Assembly: GCF_032191835.1 (NCBI RefSeq)
Contig: NC_083224.1
Span: forward strand, 34,162,001-34,226,000
Direction of reading: 5' to 3'
Source: Heteronotia binoei
Lineage: Eukaryota
DNA: 64,000 nucleotides
A program made the position numbers and the translations under genes. The notes under the pieces were generated by a model, which made no database searches, had not been told where the DNA came from, and saw nothing but the letters and a program-made list of their open reading frames with translations. Below are positions 22,405 to 33,958 of this stretch, one piece after another. The first letter of the stretch is position 1, and every line of letters begins with the position of its first letter.

Positions 22405-23800
22405 AACATTTGCCAGCTGTTTCTTTTTCTGAAGATGACAACCGTGAATGCCTGGAGTCCCAGCTCCTGCCATCTCATTGAGGAAATGGCAGCCTGTAGG
22501 CATATACTGAGCAATGCCAATGGCAGGACCAGCCAGAATTTGTTCTGCCTTTGCTTAGAGGGGCAAGTCTCTCTGATGGCTGGAAGCTCACCTGAGCGGT
22601 TCTTGGAGCACTAAAGTGAAACTTGAGCTAGAGCCCCGCTTGTTTGTGTTTTTAAAAGGATGAAATGGAAGAATGACAAAGGCTGAAAGGCTCAAGAAAT
22701 CTCTTCAGGCCTGACAGAAATCCTGTACTGTTCAGCTGCCAGCACAAAATCCACTGGTCTGCTTAGTTTACTGTTTTGGTAGGGGAGTGTCACCTTCTCA
22801 GAAATGGATGCAATGATATTGTCAGATCAGGGATGAGAATGTGGGAGGAGAACCTTGTTTTCTCTCTTCTAAAATTCTTAACATTTTTAACATTCTGTAA
22901 GGATTTTAATTAGCTGCAGGACCAGCTGCTTGTTTTGATTTGCTTGTTTTCCACTTTTAAGTTGATTAAAAGAAGCCTTCCAAGAGAGTTGCAGGGTTGA
23001 TTATTATGGAGGGGAGGCAAACAGCAGCATTCCCACACGCTCATGAGAGCCCTGTCCACCCCCACCCCTCACTTGTGTGTATATAGGCAGCACAAATGGC
23101 TTTTGGGGAAAGGGTGTCTGTACGTACCTTCCAAATCCCCATTTCAGCTATCTTTGCCAGATGGCTCTTGAGAACTAGTAACTTGACTATGCCTAAGCAA
23201 AGCACATTGAGCGGGTTGCACATAAACAGAGCTCCACTGAGCCTATGAGAATACTTGAGCATCATAGCTGCAACAGGCTAAATTGCTGTCTGTGGGTTAT
23301 TTGAATTTCATTGCCTCTGTGTGACAGTCCAGGGGATTACTAGATAATTACAGTTGGGCCTGCACATTTTATAACCTCAGAGTAATATCAGTTGCAACTC
23401 TTGTGTACTAGCTGACCTGTAGCTGCATAAGTCCTGGTTTGGAAACACATCGAGGTAGTGAAGCACCACCCAGGGCCAAATATCTGGCTAGTGTGTTGCA
23501 CTGTTTGGTGCTTTATAAGGTGTGCAAAATTACACTCTGGCAGCATGGTATGCTGTGAAATATGAGTTGTATAGCTTACGTTTCCCCCCAATTCCTTTAT
23601 AATAAAGATGTGCCTTCTGTTTTTAAAATGTTGCATAAATGTCTGTTTTGTACAGTTTCATATTTAGACTCTTTTTAAAATGTGTGCTTTGGAAAACTGG
23701 TAAAGTTGATGATCAGTTGTACATGATGCGCGATTTGATTTTCTGTTTGTGTTCTTGATATTGAAGGTTTTTGTAATAAAAGAGAATTCTTTTTCACATG
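22405..23800 (+). other. CYP24A1: Probable CYP24A1 3' UTR
   Basis: Largely repeat-free, increasingly U-rich sequence ending at AATAAA signals. Confidence 0.5.
23775..23780 (+). terminator. CYP24A1: Candidate polyadenylation signal AATAAA (alternative at 23601-23606)
   Basis: AATAAA followed by U/GU-rich sequence, just before repeats resume at about 23925. Confidence 0.5.
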
Positions 23801-25747
23801 AGATACTTCTGTCTTTATTCAATAATCTTGTGTCCCAACATACTTTTGTTAGTGTAATTTGAAATCCCGTGAGAATGATTTGGTTGCATTTAGCTGCTAG
23901 CCTTAGGTAAATGAGCCATTTATCGAACAGTAAAAAGTCCAGTGACACCTTTAAGACTCACAAATTTTATTGTAGCATAAGCTTTCAAGAAACGCAGCTC
24001 TCTACTTTGTCTACCTGCATCTGACAAAGAGAGCTGTGTTTCTCAAATGTTTATGTTACAATGAAATTTGTTAGTCTTAAAGGTGTTACTGGGCTCTTTA
24101 CTATTTTGCAACAATAGACTAATACGGCTGACTACTGGATTTATCAAACAATCCTACAGCATTCAATTCATTTGGGGCCCTAGAGGAAATGCATCATGTT
24201 TCCTCTGGGCAGGGATCCCCAACCTTGTGGAGCATGTGGAATATTGAAAGAAAGGGATATTTTGAAAGAATATTGAAAAAGCACACCACAAAAAAGATTT
24301 CAAGGAGGTTGGGCCAATCACAAAACAGCTGCTGGGGCAGGATCAACTCTGCTATAAGGAAGAAATATAGTTTGGTTACATTTTAAAAGATAAATGTTTG
24401 CTTCTTGTGTTTCCACTGGGAGAGTTTGTAAGCCCCTCGTGAAGGAAAAGCTTAGGTAAGGGGTCCCCAATTTTTTTGAGCCTGCAGGCCCCTTTGGAAT
24501 TCTGATGCAGTATGCTGAGCACAGTCACAAAATGGCTGCTTGAGAAGGTGGAGCCAGTCACAAAAGGCTGCTGCAGCTTACCTTCAATCACACAGTGAAG
24601 ATCCTTATAGTGTGGGAGCTGCTGCCAAAGTAACATTTAAAAATCTGCAGAGCCAATCAGAAGCCTTGCTGGGAAAAACCCTACCTGGTCCCACCCACTT
24701 TCTAAAAACACTTGGCAAGCACCAGAAAAGGTATTGGCAGTGGCCATGGCGCCCATGAGCCCTGTGTTGAGGAAAAGGATGAACAACTATAACAGCTCTG
24801 GCCAGGATGAGCTCAGGGCTTTGCTAGTCACCCCGTGCTCTGGTTTATTTCCTTTTCCATTTCCATGCATGAGTCTTTGGTTTTTATCCTCAAGATTAAA
24901 AAAAAAAAGTGCCAACACTTTCCCAGCTCACAAGCCTTGGCACCTGGGGTGCTGTGTTGGGGGGTTCTCACTCCCAACAACCTTGTGAGGTAGATCAGAG
25001 TGAAGAACCCCAAATCACCCAACAAATTGAAAGGCTGAGCAAGGAATTGAATGTGGGTCTTCCAGGTTCTAGTTTAGCCTTCTAACCATGAACCCAGCTT
25101 GGATGAGTGCTTAGCAGGGGGGAACTTGCTGGGACGTTTCCTACTAGACAAAAAAAATCTGTACACTTTACCTGTTTGTTCCTTTTTCTGTTAAATGTAC
25201 AGCTCTCTTTTTTTAAAAAAATCAAGCTTTCGTGTACAAACACTTCACAAAAACTCATACCTTGAAATTTGTTGGTCTTAAAGGTTGCACTGGACTCAAA
25301 CTTTGTTCTACTGCTTCAGCCCAACATGGCTGCCCACCTGGATCTACAGTGTTATAACATTATACTACAGGGAACCAGCGTGATGTAGTGGTTCAGAGTG
25401 TTGGATTAGGATCTGTGAGAACTGGGTTTGAATCCCCCTTATGCCATGGAAGCTCACAGGGTGACCTCAGGCCAGTGACACTCTCAGCCTAACCTACCTC
25501 AACAGGGTTGTTATGAGGATAAAATGGAGGAGAGAATAATATAAGCCACTTTGGGTACCCACTGGGGTGAAAGGCAGAGTATAAATGATTACTAAAAATA
25601 AATATTCAGTTTCTGATTATTATTTTTTAAATGTGCACACTGGTCAGGAAGGAACTGTCCGTTGTGGGGAGAATGGCTGCTGTATCGGCAGTACCAGGAA
25701 ATTTTGAACTATCCCCTTCACATGGCCATCAACTAGGTTTTGCTATG

Positions 25748-26060
25748 ATCTTTCTCAAAGCTCAAGCAGCCCCATGGTGCAGAATGGTCAGCTGCAGGTA
25801 CTGCAGTCCAAGCTCTCTGCTCACAACCTGAGTTCGATCCTGGCAGAAGTTGGGTTCAGGTAGCCGGCTCATGATTGACTCAGCCTTCCATCCTTCCGGT
25901 AAAATGAGTATCCAGCTTGCTGGAGGTAAAGCGTAGATGACTGGGGAAGGCAATAGCAAACTAACCAAGAAAAAGTCTGCCAAGAAAACGTCCTTATGTG
26001 GCATCACCCCATAGGTCGGTAACGACTCAGTGCTTGCACAGGGGACTATCTTTACCTTCC
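25748..26060 (+). mobile_element. Sauria SINE
   Basis: Head agccccatggtgcagaatgg...gagttcgatcc and the same core as 758-1054 in the opposite orientation. Confidence 0.75.
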
Positions 26061-26425
26061 TCAAAGCTCTGCAACAAAGCATATTTGGGAAAGACCACAG
26101 GAGGTGCATGAATGCTTCACAATGCTGTGGGGAAGCAGGGGAAAAAGAATGCTTCCCAGTGCCAGTGAACACCTTGGGGCAAAAAAAAACCCCTGTGTGG
26201 AAATGGCCTGTAACTCAAAGGTTTTGCCATCTGAGGCTGCTCGAGAATCAGATCCGCTATCCATAACGCCAAGACATTTATCTGTAATGCATTTATTTCC
26301 TTTGAATAGCTGCCATTCACATTCTTGGAAACAAGCATATGCTTGTTGCTCCTCAGATTACCATCTACTCACCTTAGTTATGAAAGCAAGAAGGAGTTGG
26401 AACCCAAGCCAATTTGGTGATATAA

Positions 26426-26632
26426 TGGCTGATTCCGCACTCACCTTTCTCCTGGGCAGGCTTCCGTTTCTGGGCAGAGCAAACTGGCGATTTTGCACCA
26501 GTTGCTCCGCGCCAGCATCTTGCGCGGGGGAAACCCGCGATTTGCCCCACCGCAGTGTAAACCTGAAAAAACAATCATATCAACTCTTACAAAACCATTT
26601 CCAGGATTAGACTTTGCCTGTGAGTGTCAGCC
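26426..26632. mobile_element. Possible PIF/Harbinger-type MITE
   Basis: Imperfect TIRs GGCTGA with flanking TAA/TTA; internal GC-rich palindromes. Confidence 0.35.
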
Positions 26633-26724
26633 TTAGACAGAGCACCAGGAAGCAAATCACAGGAAATTTATTGGTTTGGTTTTGTGTTCAGAGTGGGGGA
26701 GAAAGCAATGATATTGTATGTACT

Positions 26725-26923
26725 CAGGACTTTTTTTTTAGCAGGAATGCACAGGAACACAGTTCCAGCTGGTGTGGTATCAGGGTTGTGGCCTAATAAG
26801 CAAATGAGTCCCAGCTGGGCTTTTTCTACCAAAAAAGCCCTGTGTGAAACAATGGTGATGTAAAGAGGTGTGCCCTAATATGCAAATAAGTTCCTATTGG
26901 GCTTTTACTACAAAAAAGTCCTG
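26725..26923. mobile_element. hAT MITE (same family as 4327)
   Basis: Perfect TSD TATGTACT. Confidence 0.85.
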
Positions 26924-27283
26924 TATGTACTCCATAATGTACGTTAATAATTATGTTTCCAGTTTTAATACTTGCATATTAGAATTCCTCCACCACCCCT
27001 TCTGTATAAGTTTGAGGAAATACATGTAAAAGAATTAGGTGATTTTAAAAATGTATTTGATCAAATCAGTCCGATCTAGTAAAGGTAAAACAATCTTTTC
27101 AATATTTTTTTTTCTGAGTGTAGGCTAACTTTTACTGCTGCGCCCCAGATAAATGACTCTAGATTATTTAAAATTAATATGCTGGAACTTCAGTCAAGAG
27201 CAGTTTGGGTGTGGCCCAGGCTTTTCTCCAGCAGGTGATTTTCCAACTCTCATTTCTAAGCCTTCCACTGTTATACCGATCTC

Positions 27284-27454
27284 CAGGGGTGGAATTCTAG
27301 AGGAGCTCCTTTGCATATTAGGCCATACACCCCTGATGTAGCCAATCCTCCAAGAGCTTACAAAAAAAGAGCCTTGTAAATTCTTGGAGAATTGGCTGCA
27401 TCAGGGGTGTGTGGCCTAATATGCAAAGGAACTCCTGCTATAATTCCACCCCTG
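27284..27454. mobile_element. Palindromic hAT MITE (TIR CAGGGGTGGAATT)
   Basis: Inverted-repeat structure; degenerate TSD CCGATCTC / CAGATTTC. Confidence 0.75.
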
Positions 27455-29894
27455 CAGATTTCCACCACTCTAAATAGGCACAACATTGGCACCCTTTTCT
27501 TTTTCAAAATTAATCTCCTCTTTTGTGTGAAAGTGTTGTTTCCACATAGCCAATGGGATTTGGCTCTATGGTGATGTCACTGAGGAGAAACAAAGCAAAG
27601 GCACTCTTGTTTTAGCTTTGTCAGTGGTGTCACTGTGGAGCCAGACCTCTTCATTGGCCATGTGATCATGTCATGAGTCCTAGAAACGAAGATGTATTCT
27701 TTCAGAAAGAAAATGGCAACTGTCGTGGGAATTATTTTGTACCCCCAGCAACATATAATCCGTTAACAGTATCAATGTAGGAGCTAATGGGGACTCAAAG
27801 GGACTACTGCCCAGGACCCAACAAAACCAGGGAACTGTAGTTGTGCTATCAAAAGAAGGAAGTGTGGGTGCAGCAAATGTTTTCACATTTAGAGCCCACA
27901 CAAATTATCAATAAAAGAGACACTTTGCATTGTGCTGTGGGTTTTATTGTTGTGAAATGGACTCCCCTACCACAGTTTTGTTCGAACTTGCTTAATACTG
28001 ACACATTATTTCTTAACTACTTGTTCTCAAACAGCCTACAGTTAATTGTGATTCTAGTAGCATCCACAAATCACTGGGTATTACAATAGAGCAGATCCAG
28101 ATCCAGTCTCTTGAAGCTGATCAAACAGGCTACTTCTCACCTAATTCACTTAAATTCCTTCAGTACCTTAACATGCTTTTTAAAAACTTACACTCAGTAT
28201 TATTAACTATAGATTCTTCTGTAGCATGTTTATAAATTAGGTGGGATTCATAGCATGTTTATAAATTAGGTCGGATTCTAATTTATATCATAGAACAACA
28301 TTTGATTCCAGTAGCACCTTTAAGACTAATAAAGTTTTATTCAGAATGTAAGCTTTCATGTGCATGCACACGATTTTATTCAATTGCTTCTGACCAGTCC
28401 AGCTGCCCACCTGGATCTAATTTATGTAAGTAACTGCTAAAACTGAAGTATATATCAAGGGATTTCCTCTGCATCAGTCCAAAATGAATGGTTGTGATAT
28501 TGCTTGTGTTGAGTGGGCATTTTTATCTTTTTTAAGGTTTCAGTCTGGAAATATTGGTCTGGATCCAGTCTAAGTTGGGAATTTTCACCAGTTTCACCTT
28601 CCCACTGCAGATGCCCTCCAAATGGTTTCTCAGGATTCACTGTTCCCCCAGCAGAAGTGCTCCGTGGCGATCAGAGGGCTGCAGTAGAAGGCAGGAGGCA
28701 AGGAAGCTCCATTCTTCAATTGCCTGGATCCAACCTAGCATTAAACACCCACTGAACTCAGTTAGATTTACTTCTGAATAAGCACGTTAAAAAAAAAACC
28801 AGGCAATTGGAGACAGTGGTTTAATTGTTGTGGTGCATTATTATGTAATCCTGCATATACCCTCAAGATCTTTGAAATTGCTTCCTTTTCTTTCCAGAAG
28901 CTTGTCAGGAGTTCTTCTGAGGACAGAATTATAAAATCACAGAGGTCCTTATAGGCTGTCTAGTCCCACCCCCTGTCCCATACAGAAAATCCAGAGCATT
29001 TCCAACATATGGCAGTCCAGCATCCGCTTGAGACAGGAAACTGGTTTCTTCATCAAACTGTTCTTACCAATAGGAAGTCTCCCCCAAAGGTCCAACTGAA
29101 ACCTCCCTCTCTGTAATTTAAACCCATTAGGTCTAGTTATACCCTCTGGAGCAGTACACTTCCCTCTTCCAATTGGCAGCCATTCAGGTATCTAAAGATC
29201 ACGATCCCCTGCAGCCTTCTCATCTCCAGTCTAAATGCACCTGGCTCCTTCAACTTCTCATTATAGAAGTCCTGCCTGACCATCATTTATGCCCTCCTCT
29301 GAACCTCTGCCAGTTTGTCTACATGGAAAGGAGAGTGCCCATGGGCCCAACTCCCCTGCTTGCCAGTTATAATAAAAATAATGGCAACCACTTTGACTTG
29401 CTAAGCACACCTTTCCCCCTAGCTGTGTCTGCACCGTTTAGTATTCCAGGGATCAGATTCATATCGGATGACTCCCCAAATAAACAACATGTTGAAAGAG
29501 ACAATGGGTTCCCCCCCACACACACCGCCTCTGCAGTTTTGATCCTCAAAGGATGTGCCCTGGCATGCATTCAGCCATTGAGTCTGCATGATGCTTTTCT
29601 GCGACGATTTTTGCCCCTGCAGTTATATACACATGAAATGCAGTGTTGGGTGACATCATGCCTGTACTGGGTGAAAATTTCTCATATTATAACTCTGTTG
29701 TTCACACCAGGAGTATGAGAAATTGCATGCATGGTTACCTTACTAAGAGTGTCCAGGGGAGAACCCTACTTATGAACGACAGACAGACAAACAGACAGAC
29801 AACCTTTATTGGCACATCAAAGATAAAGGTACGTTAAAAGTTTTAAAATACAGTGAAAGAACAAAGCAAGGTATAAACAAAATGCATCAGTTAA

Positions 29895-30170
29895 TAAGAA
29901 CATAAGAGAAGGCATGTTGGATCAGGCCAATGGCCCATCCAGTCCAACACTCTGTGTCACACAGTGGCCAATATATGTGTGTGTGTGTGTATACACACAC
30001 ACACACACACATATATATCTCCTGTGGCAGTGAATTCCACATGTTAATCACCCTTTGGGTGAAGACGTACTTCCTTTTATCTGTTTTGACTTGACTGCTC
30101 AGCAATTTCATTGATTGCTCAGCAATTTCATTGATTGCTCAGCAATTTCATTGAATTTCATTGAATGTAT
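29895..30170 (-). mobile_element. CR1 3' fragment with internal (TG)n(CA)n palindrome
   Basis: CR1 tail; minus-strand KTDKRKYVFTQRVINMWNSLP. Confidence 0.75.
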
Positions 30171-30842
30171 TTCATTGAATACCTTCCCTGGTTTGAATTG
30201 CAAGCTGAAGAAAACAGGCAACATTAAAGGTTATAAGGGGGTTATAACCAGAAAGTGTTGGACTTTAACTCTGTCGGGAAGGCACCATATACAAAGAATG
30301 GGATTAAAAAAATTCTTGGAACTTAATGTAAAGTGGATAAGTTAATAAATGATGCTTTTCTGCAACAATTCCACCCCCCTGCAGTTATATGCACATAAAA
30401 TGCAGTGTTGGGTCGCATCACACCTATACTGGATGAAATTTCTCCTGTTATAACTTATTGTTTACATCAAGAGCATGAGAAATTACATGCATGGCTACCT
30501 TGCTAAGAGTGGCTTTTCCCCCTTTGTCCATGGGAGCAACCTACTTATGAACGATGAAAAAAATGGACAGGAAGAAGGAATGTACTCCAGCAGAGATCCA
30601 TTCAAGAAATATTGGAAACATCTCTTGAAGGAAATGTTGGGTCCCATGCAATGCCCAGTCAGGTGAACCTCATAATTCCAGAATTTTGTCACCAGTTTCA
30701 GAGTCTCGTGGAGCTGTGAGCCCCGGGTTTCCTAGGTTTTTCTGCTTCCCAAATAGCCTCAGCTAAATGATTCAGAGTTCATCCTGGACTTCCAAAGTAG
30801 TTAGTGGCAACCTGATCTGAAAAAGAAATTACCCTCCTAGAG

Positions 30843-30972
30843 CAGGGGTGGCCAACGGGCTCTCCAGATGTTTTGTGCCTACAACTCCCATCAGCCCCAG
30901 ACAGCATGGTCAATGGCTGGGGCTGATGGGAGTTGTAGGCAACATCTGGAGAGCTACCGTTGGCCACCCTTG
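30843..30972. mobile_element. Charlie-like hAT MITE (related copies near 10911-11030 and 33502-33636)
   Basis: TIR CAGGGGTGGCCAAC; perfect TSD TCCTAGAG (the 33502 copy has perfect TSD CTGTAGTC). Confidence 0.85.
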
Positions 30973-32963
30973 TCCTAGAGGAATGTACCCTAGAGCATGG
31001 GTGGCTTTAAGTGTGGCTCTGTTGGCAAACATATGCTAGATGTATGGAAGGCAACCTTGACAACAAGTGTTATGAAACTGAACTCAAATCCTCTTATCTA
31101 ATTTATACACTTGCATACTGTAAAAGGTGCCAAGTTGTGAGAAATGAAGAGAGGAAATGGACTGATTCCAAGTTATGATATGTGATCTGGCACAGTAGGA
31201 AAAAGAGAGAGAGAGAGAGAGAGAGAATGATGGGGTCATTGAGTACACACAGCTAAGGTTCATGATCCTGATTCCTCTTCCACCAAAACAAAAATCTACT
31301 GGAGTTATGCTGTACGTCTACAGTCTATTTTCAAGAACCTGGAATTGCAATGATAATCTATCAAATCTACACAACAATAATCTATCAAATGCAGTAATGC
31401 CAATATGAACATATCATCTGTAAGTGTGCATTGGAAGAAAACAAAAAAAATTAATTAATTTGCTTCATTTATACCCTGCCCAACATACAAGGGATAGTAA
31501 GATTGTTGTTTCCTTATATGCAGCAAACTCAGTCCCCCAACTTCAAGACACTGTGGAGTGGGAGAAAAAGTGTCCAGAAAAAAGCCTCCATAGTAACACT
31601 TAAGACATTTCTAGACACATCTCCATGTCTTTACCACAGAGAGCAGGGAAATTCCTAGAGCAGAGGTCCTCAGCATGGTGCCTTTGGAGTTGGACACCAT
31701 GATGCCTGCCAGCACCTTTCTCGGGGCTCGCCAAGTGTTTTTAGAAAGTGGGTGAGGCTTGCTGGGACTTTTTGAATTCTCAGTATATCTGGTTTAATGC
31801 AGGCAGTGGCTTTATGCAATGTAATCTATTCTACCTGTACAAAATAGCACAGTGCAAATAGTAGAGTGATATCCTAAAAACACAGTGAAACTTGATTCTG
31901 ACCAGTTATGTGACAACCTTCCCCAGTCAGTATTTAAATTTTGACTTTTTATGGGATTTATAATTGTTTGTTTTGATTGCCTTTTAAAATAATGTTTTAT
32001 ATTGTAAGCTGCCTTGAGTTCCGCAAGGTAGAAAGGTGGCTAATAATGTTTTAAATGAAATAAAGAAATAATAAATAAACACAGTTGGGCTATGGGGCTA
32101 AAAGCATAATGCACCTAACTGGAACTTCTATTGAAGATGCCAGATTTTCCAAATTCAAATGTATTTTTATAATCCATGTGAAATCTAACAATAACATCAA
32201 ATTTTATTAGAAAAATGGTAGTTTTCCCCCAATTTCAATACTAGGGGAAAGCTACCACTGGATATGAAGATCAGTGTTCATGCATCTATCCAGGCATACA
32301 TGTAAGGCATGCATTGGCAGAGGTTTGGAGGCAGAGATTTTGTGTATAAGTGTTGAGTGTGTAAGAGTGTAAGTGTTCGGCCTTGGAAACAGGACTCATT
32401 ATTCAGTGCTAATAACCTCAACAATCCTACTGCAGCCATGAGGCCCCTTATGAAACACAAAACATTTAGTTCTAAGGGACAGCTTCAAAACAACAACAGG
32501 GAGGAATGTAGTTCATTCTTTGGAAAAAATTACACTTTGCTTTCTTGGACGTGCTTTTGCTGACAAGCCAGAATAGTTTGGCGCTTAATGGAGCATGTGT
32601 CCATTGAACTCAAAGCAGGATGGGAATGAGGAAGAGATGGCAAGCCATGTGCTAAGTGACACTGAAGAAAGCATACAGTTTGGTGTAGTGCCAGTTTGGC
32701 GTAGTGCCAGTGTAGAGCCAGTTTGGTGTAGTGGTTAAGTGTGTGGACTCTTATCTGGGAGAACTGGGTTTGATTCCCCACTCCTCCACTTGCACCTGCT
32801 GGAATGGCCTTGGGTCAGCCATAGCTCTGGCAGAAGTTGTCCTTGAAAGGGCAGCTGCTGGGAGAGCCCTCTCCAGCCCCAGCCACCTCACAGGGTGTTT
32901 GTTGTGGGGGAGGAAGGTAAAGGAGATTGTGAGCCGCTCTGAGACTCTTCGGAGTGGAGGGCG

Positions 32964-33103
32964 NNNNNNNNNNNNNNNNNNNNNNNNNNNNNNNNNNNNN
33001 NNNNNNNNNNNNNNNNNNNNNNNNNNNNNNNNNNNNNNNNNNNNNNNNNNNNNNNNNNNNNNNNNNNNNNNNNNNNNNNNNNNNNNNNNNNNNNNNNNNN
33101 NNN
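32964..33103. other. Assembly gap (140 N)
   Basis: N run beginning inside a SINE tail. Confidence 0.99.
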
Positions 33104-33790
33104 CAAAATAAGCAGCGCAATCAGTTGGGCACAAAAATTCCCTTTTGGTAAATGTGAGCATGTCTGAATACCAAACCAAGAAGGGAGAGAAGTGTCAAAG
33201 TAATGGAAGGGAGAATTGTGCCACACAACACAGAAAACATGTCTTTCTCTGGGTGTTACATTGATGTTTCTTAAATTACGACAATCCCATGCACCTTTAA
33301 TAGAGTGGCCAGTTCCTGAAGATGCTTCTTAAATTACAACAATCCCATGCACCTTTAATAGAGTGGCCAATTCCTGAAGATTTGGAGAATGGAGCCTAGA
33401 AAGGGCAGAGTTTGGAAAGGGGAGAGACCTTAGTGAATATATTGCCTATATTCCACTCTCCAAAGCAGCCATTTTCTCCAGGGGAGTTGATCTCTGTAGT
33501 CCAGGGGTGGCCAACAGTAGCTCTCCAGATGTTTTTGCCTACAATTCCCATCAGCACCAGCCATTGGCCATGCTGGCTGGGGTTGATGGGAGTTGTAGGC
33601 AAAAAACATCTGGAGAGCTACCATTGGCCACCCCTGCTGTAGTCTGGTGATAAATTGGAATTCCAGGAAATCTCCAGGCCCCACCAGGAGGTTTGCAATC
33701 CTAACCATTTAACACCCATGTACTTGAGTTCTGGGCCCAATCAAGACTTCCAGGGAAATGCACATGGAAGTTACAAGAAAAGTGTATGTC

Positions 33791-33958
33791 CAGGGCTGGC
33801 CTGTCATTAGGCAAACTAGGTGATTGCCTAGGGCGCCAACCTTCTGAGTGCACCAAGTTGAGTACCCCCTGTGTGACTTGGTAATGTTATCAGTGCAGTG
33901 GGAGGGGTGTCAGAAGTTAGCCTTGCTTAGGGTGATGGACAGTCTAGGGCTAGCCCTG
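33791..33958. mobile_element. hAT MITE (TIR CAGGGCTGGC)
   Basis: Perfect TSD TGTATGTC. Confidence 0.8.

Noticed and set aside
32731-33226. ORFs spanning the N run
   Set aside because: Artefacts of translating through the assembly gap
33263-33381. 58-bp tandem duplication (and a 28-bp one near 28223-28278)
   Set aside because: Ordinary slippage duplications; the first lies close to an assembly gap and may be an artefact
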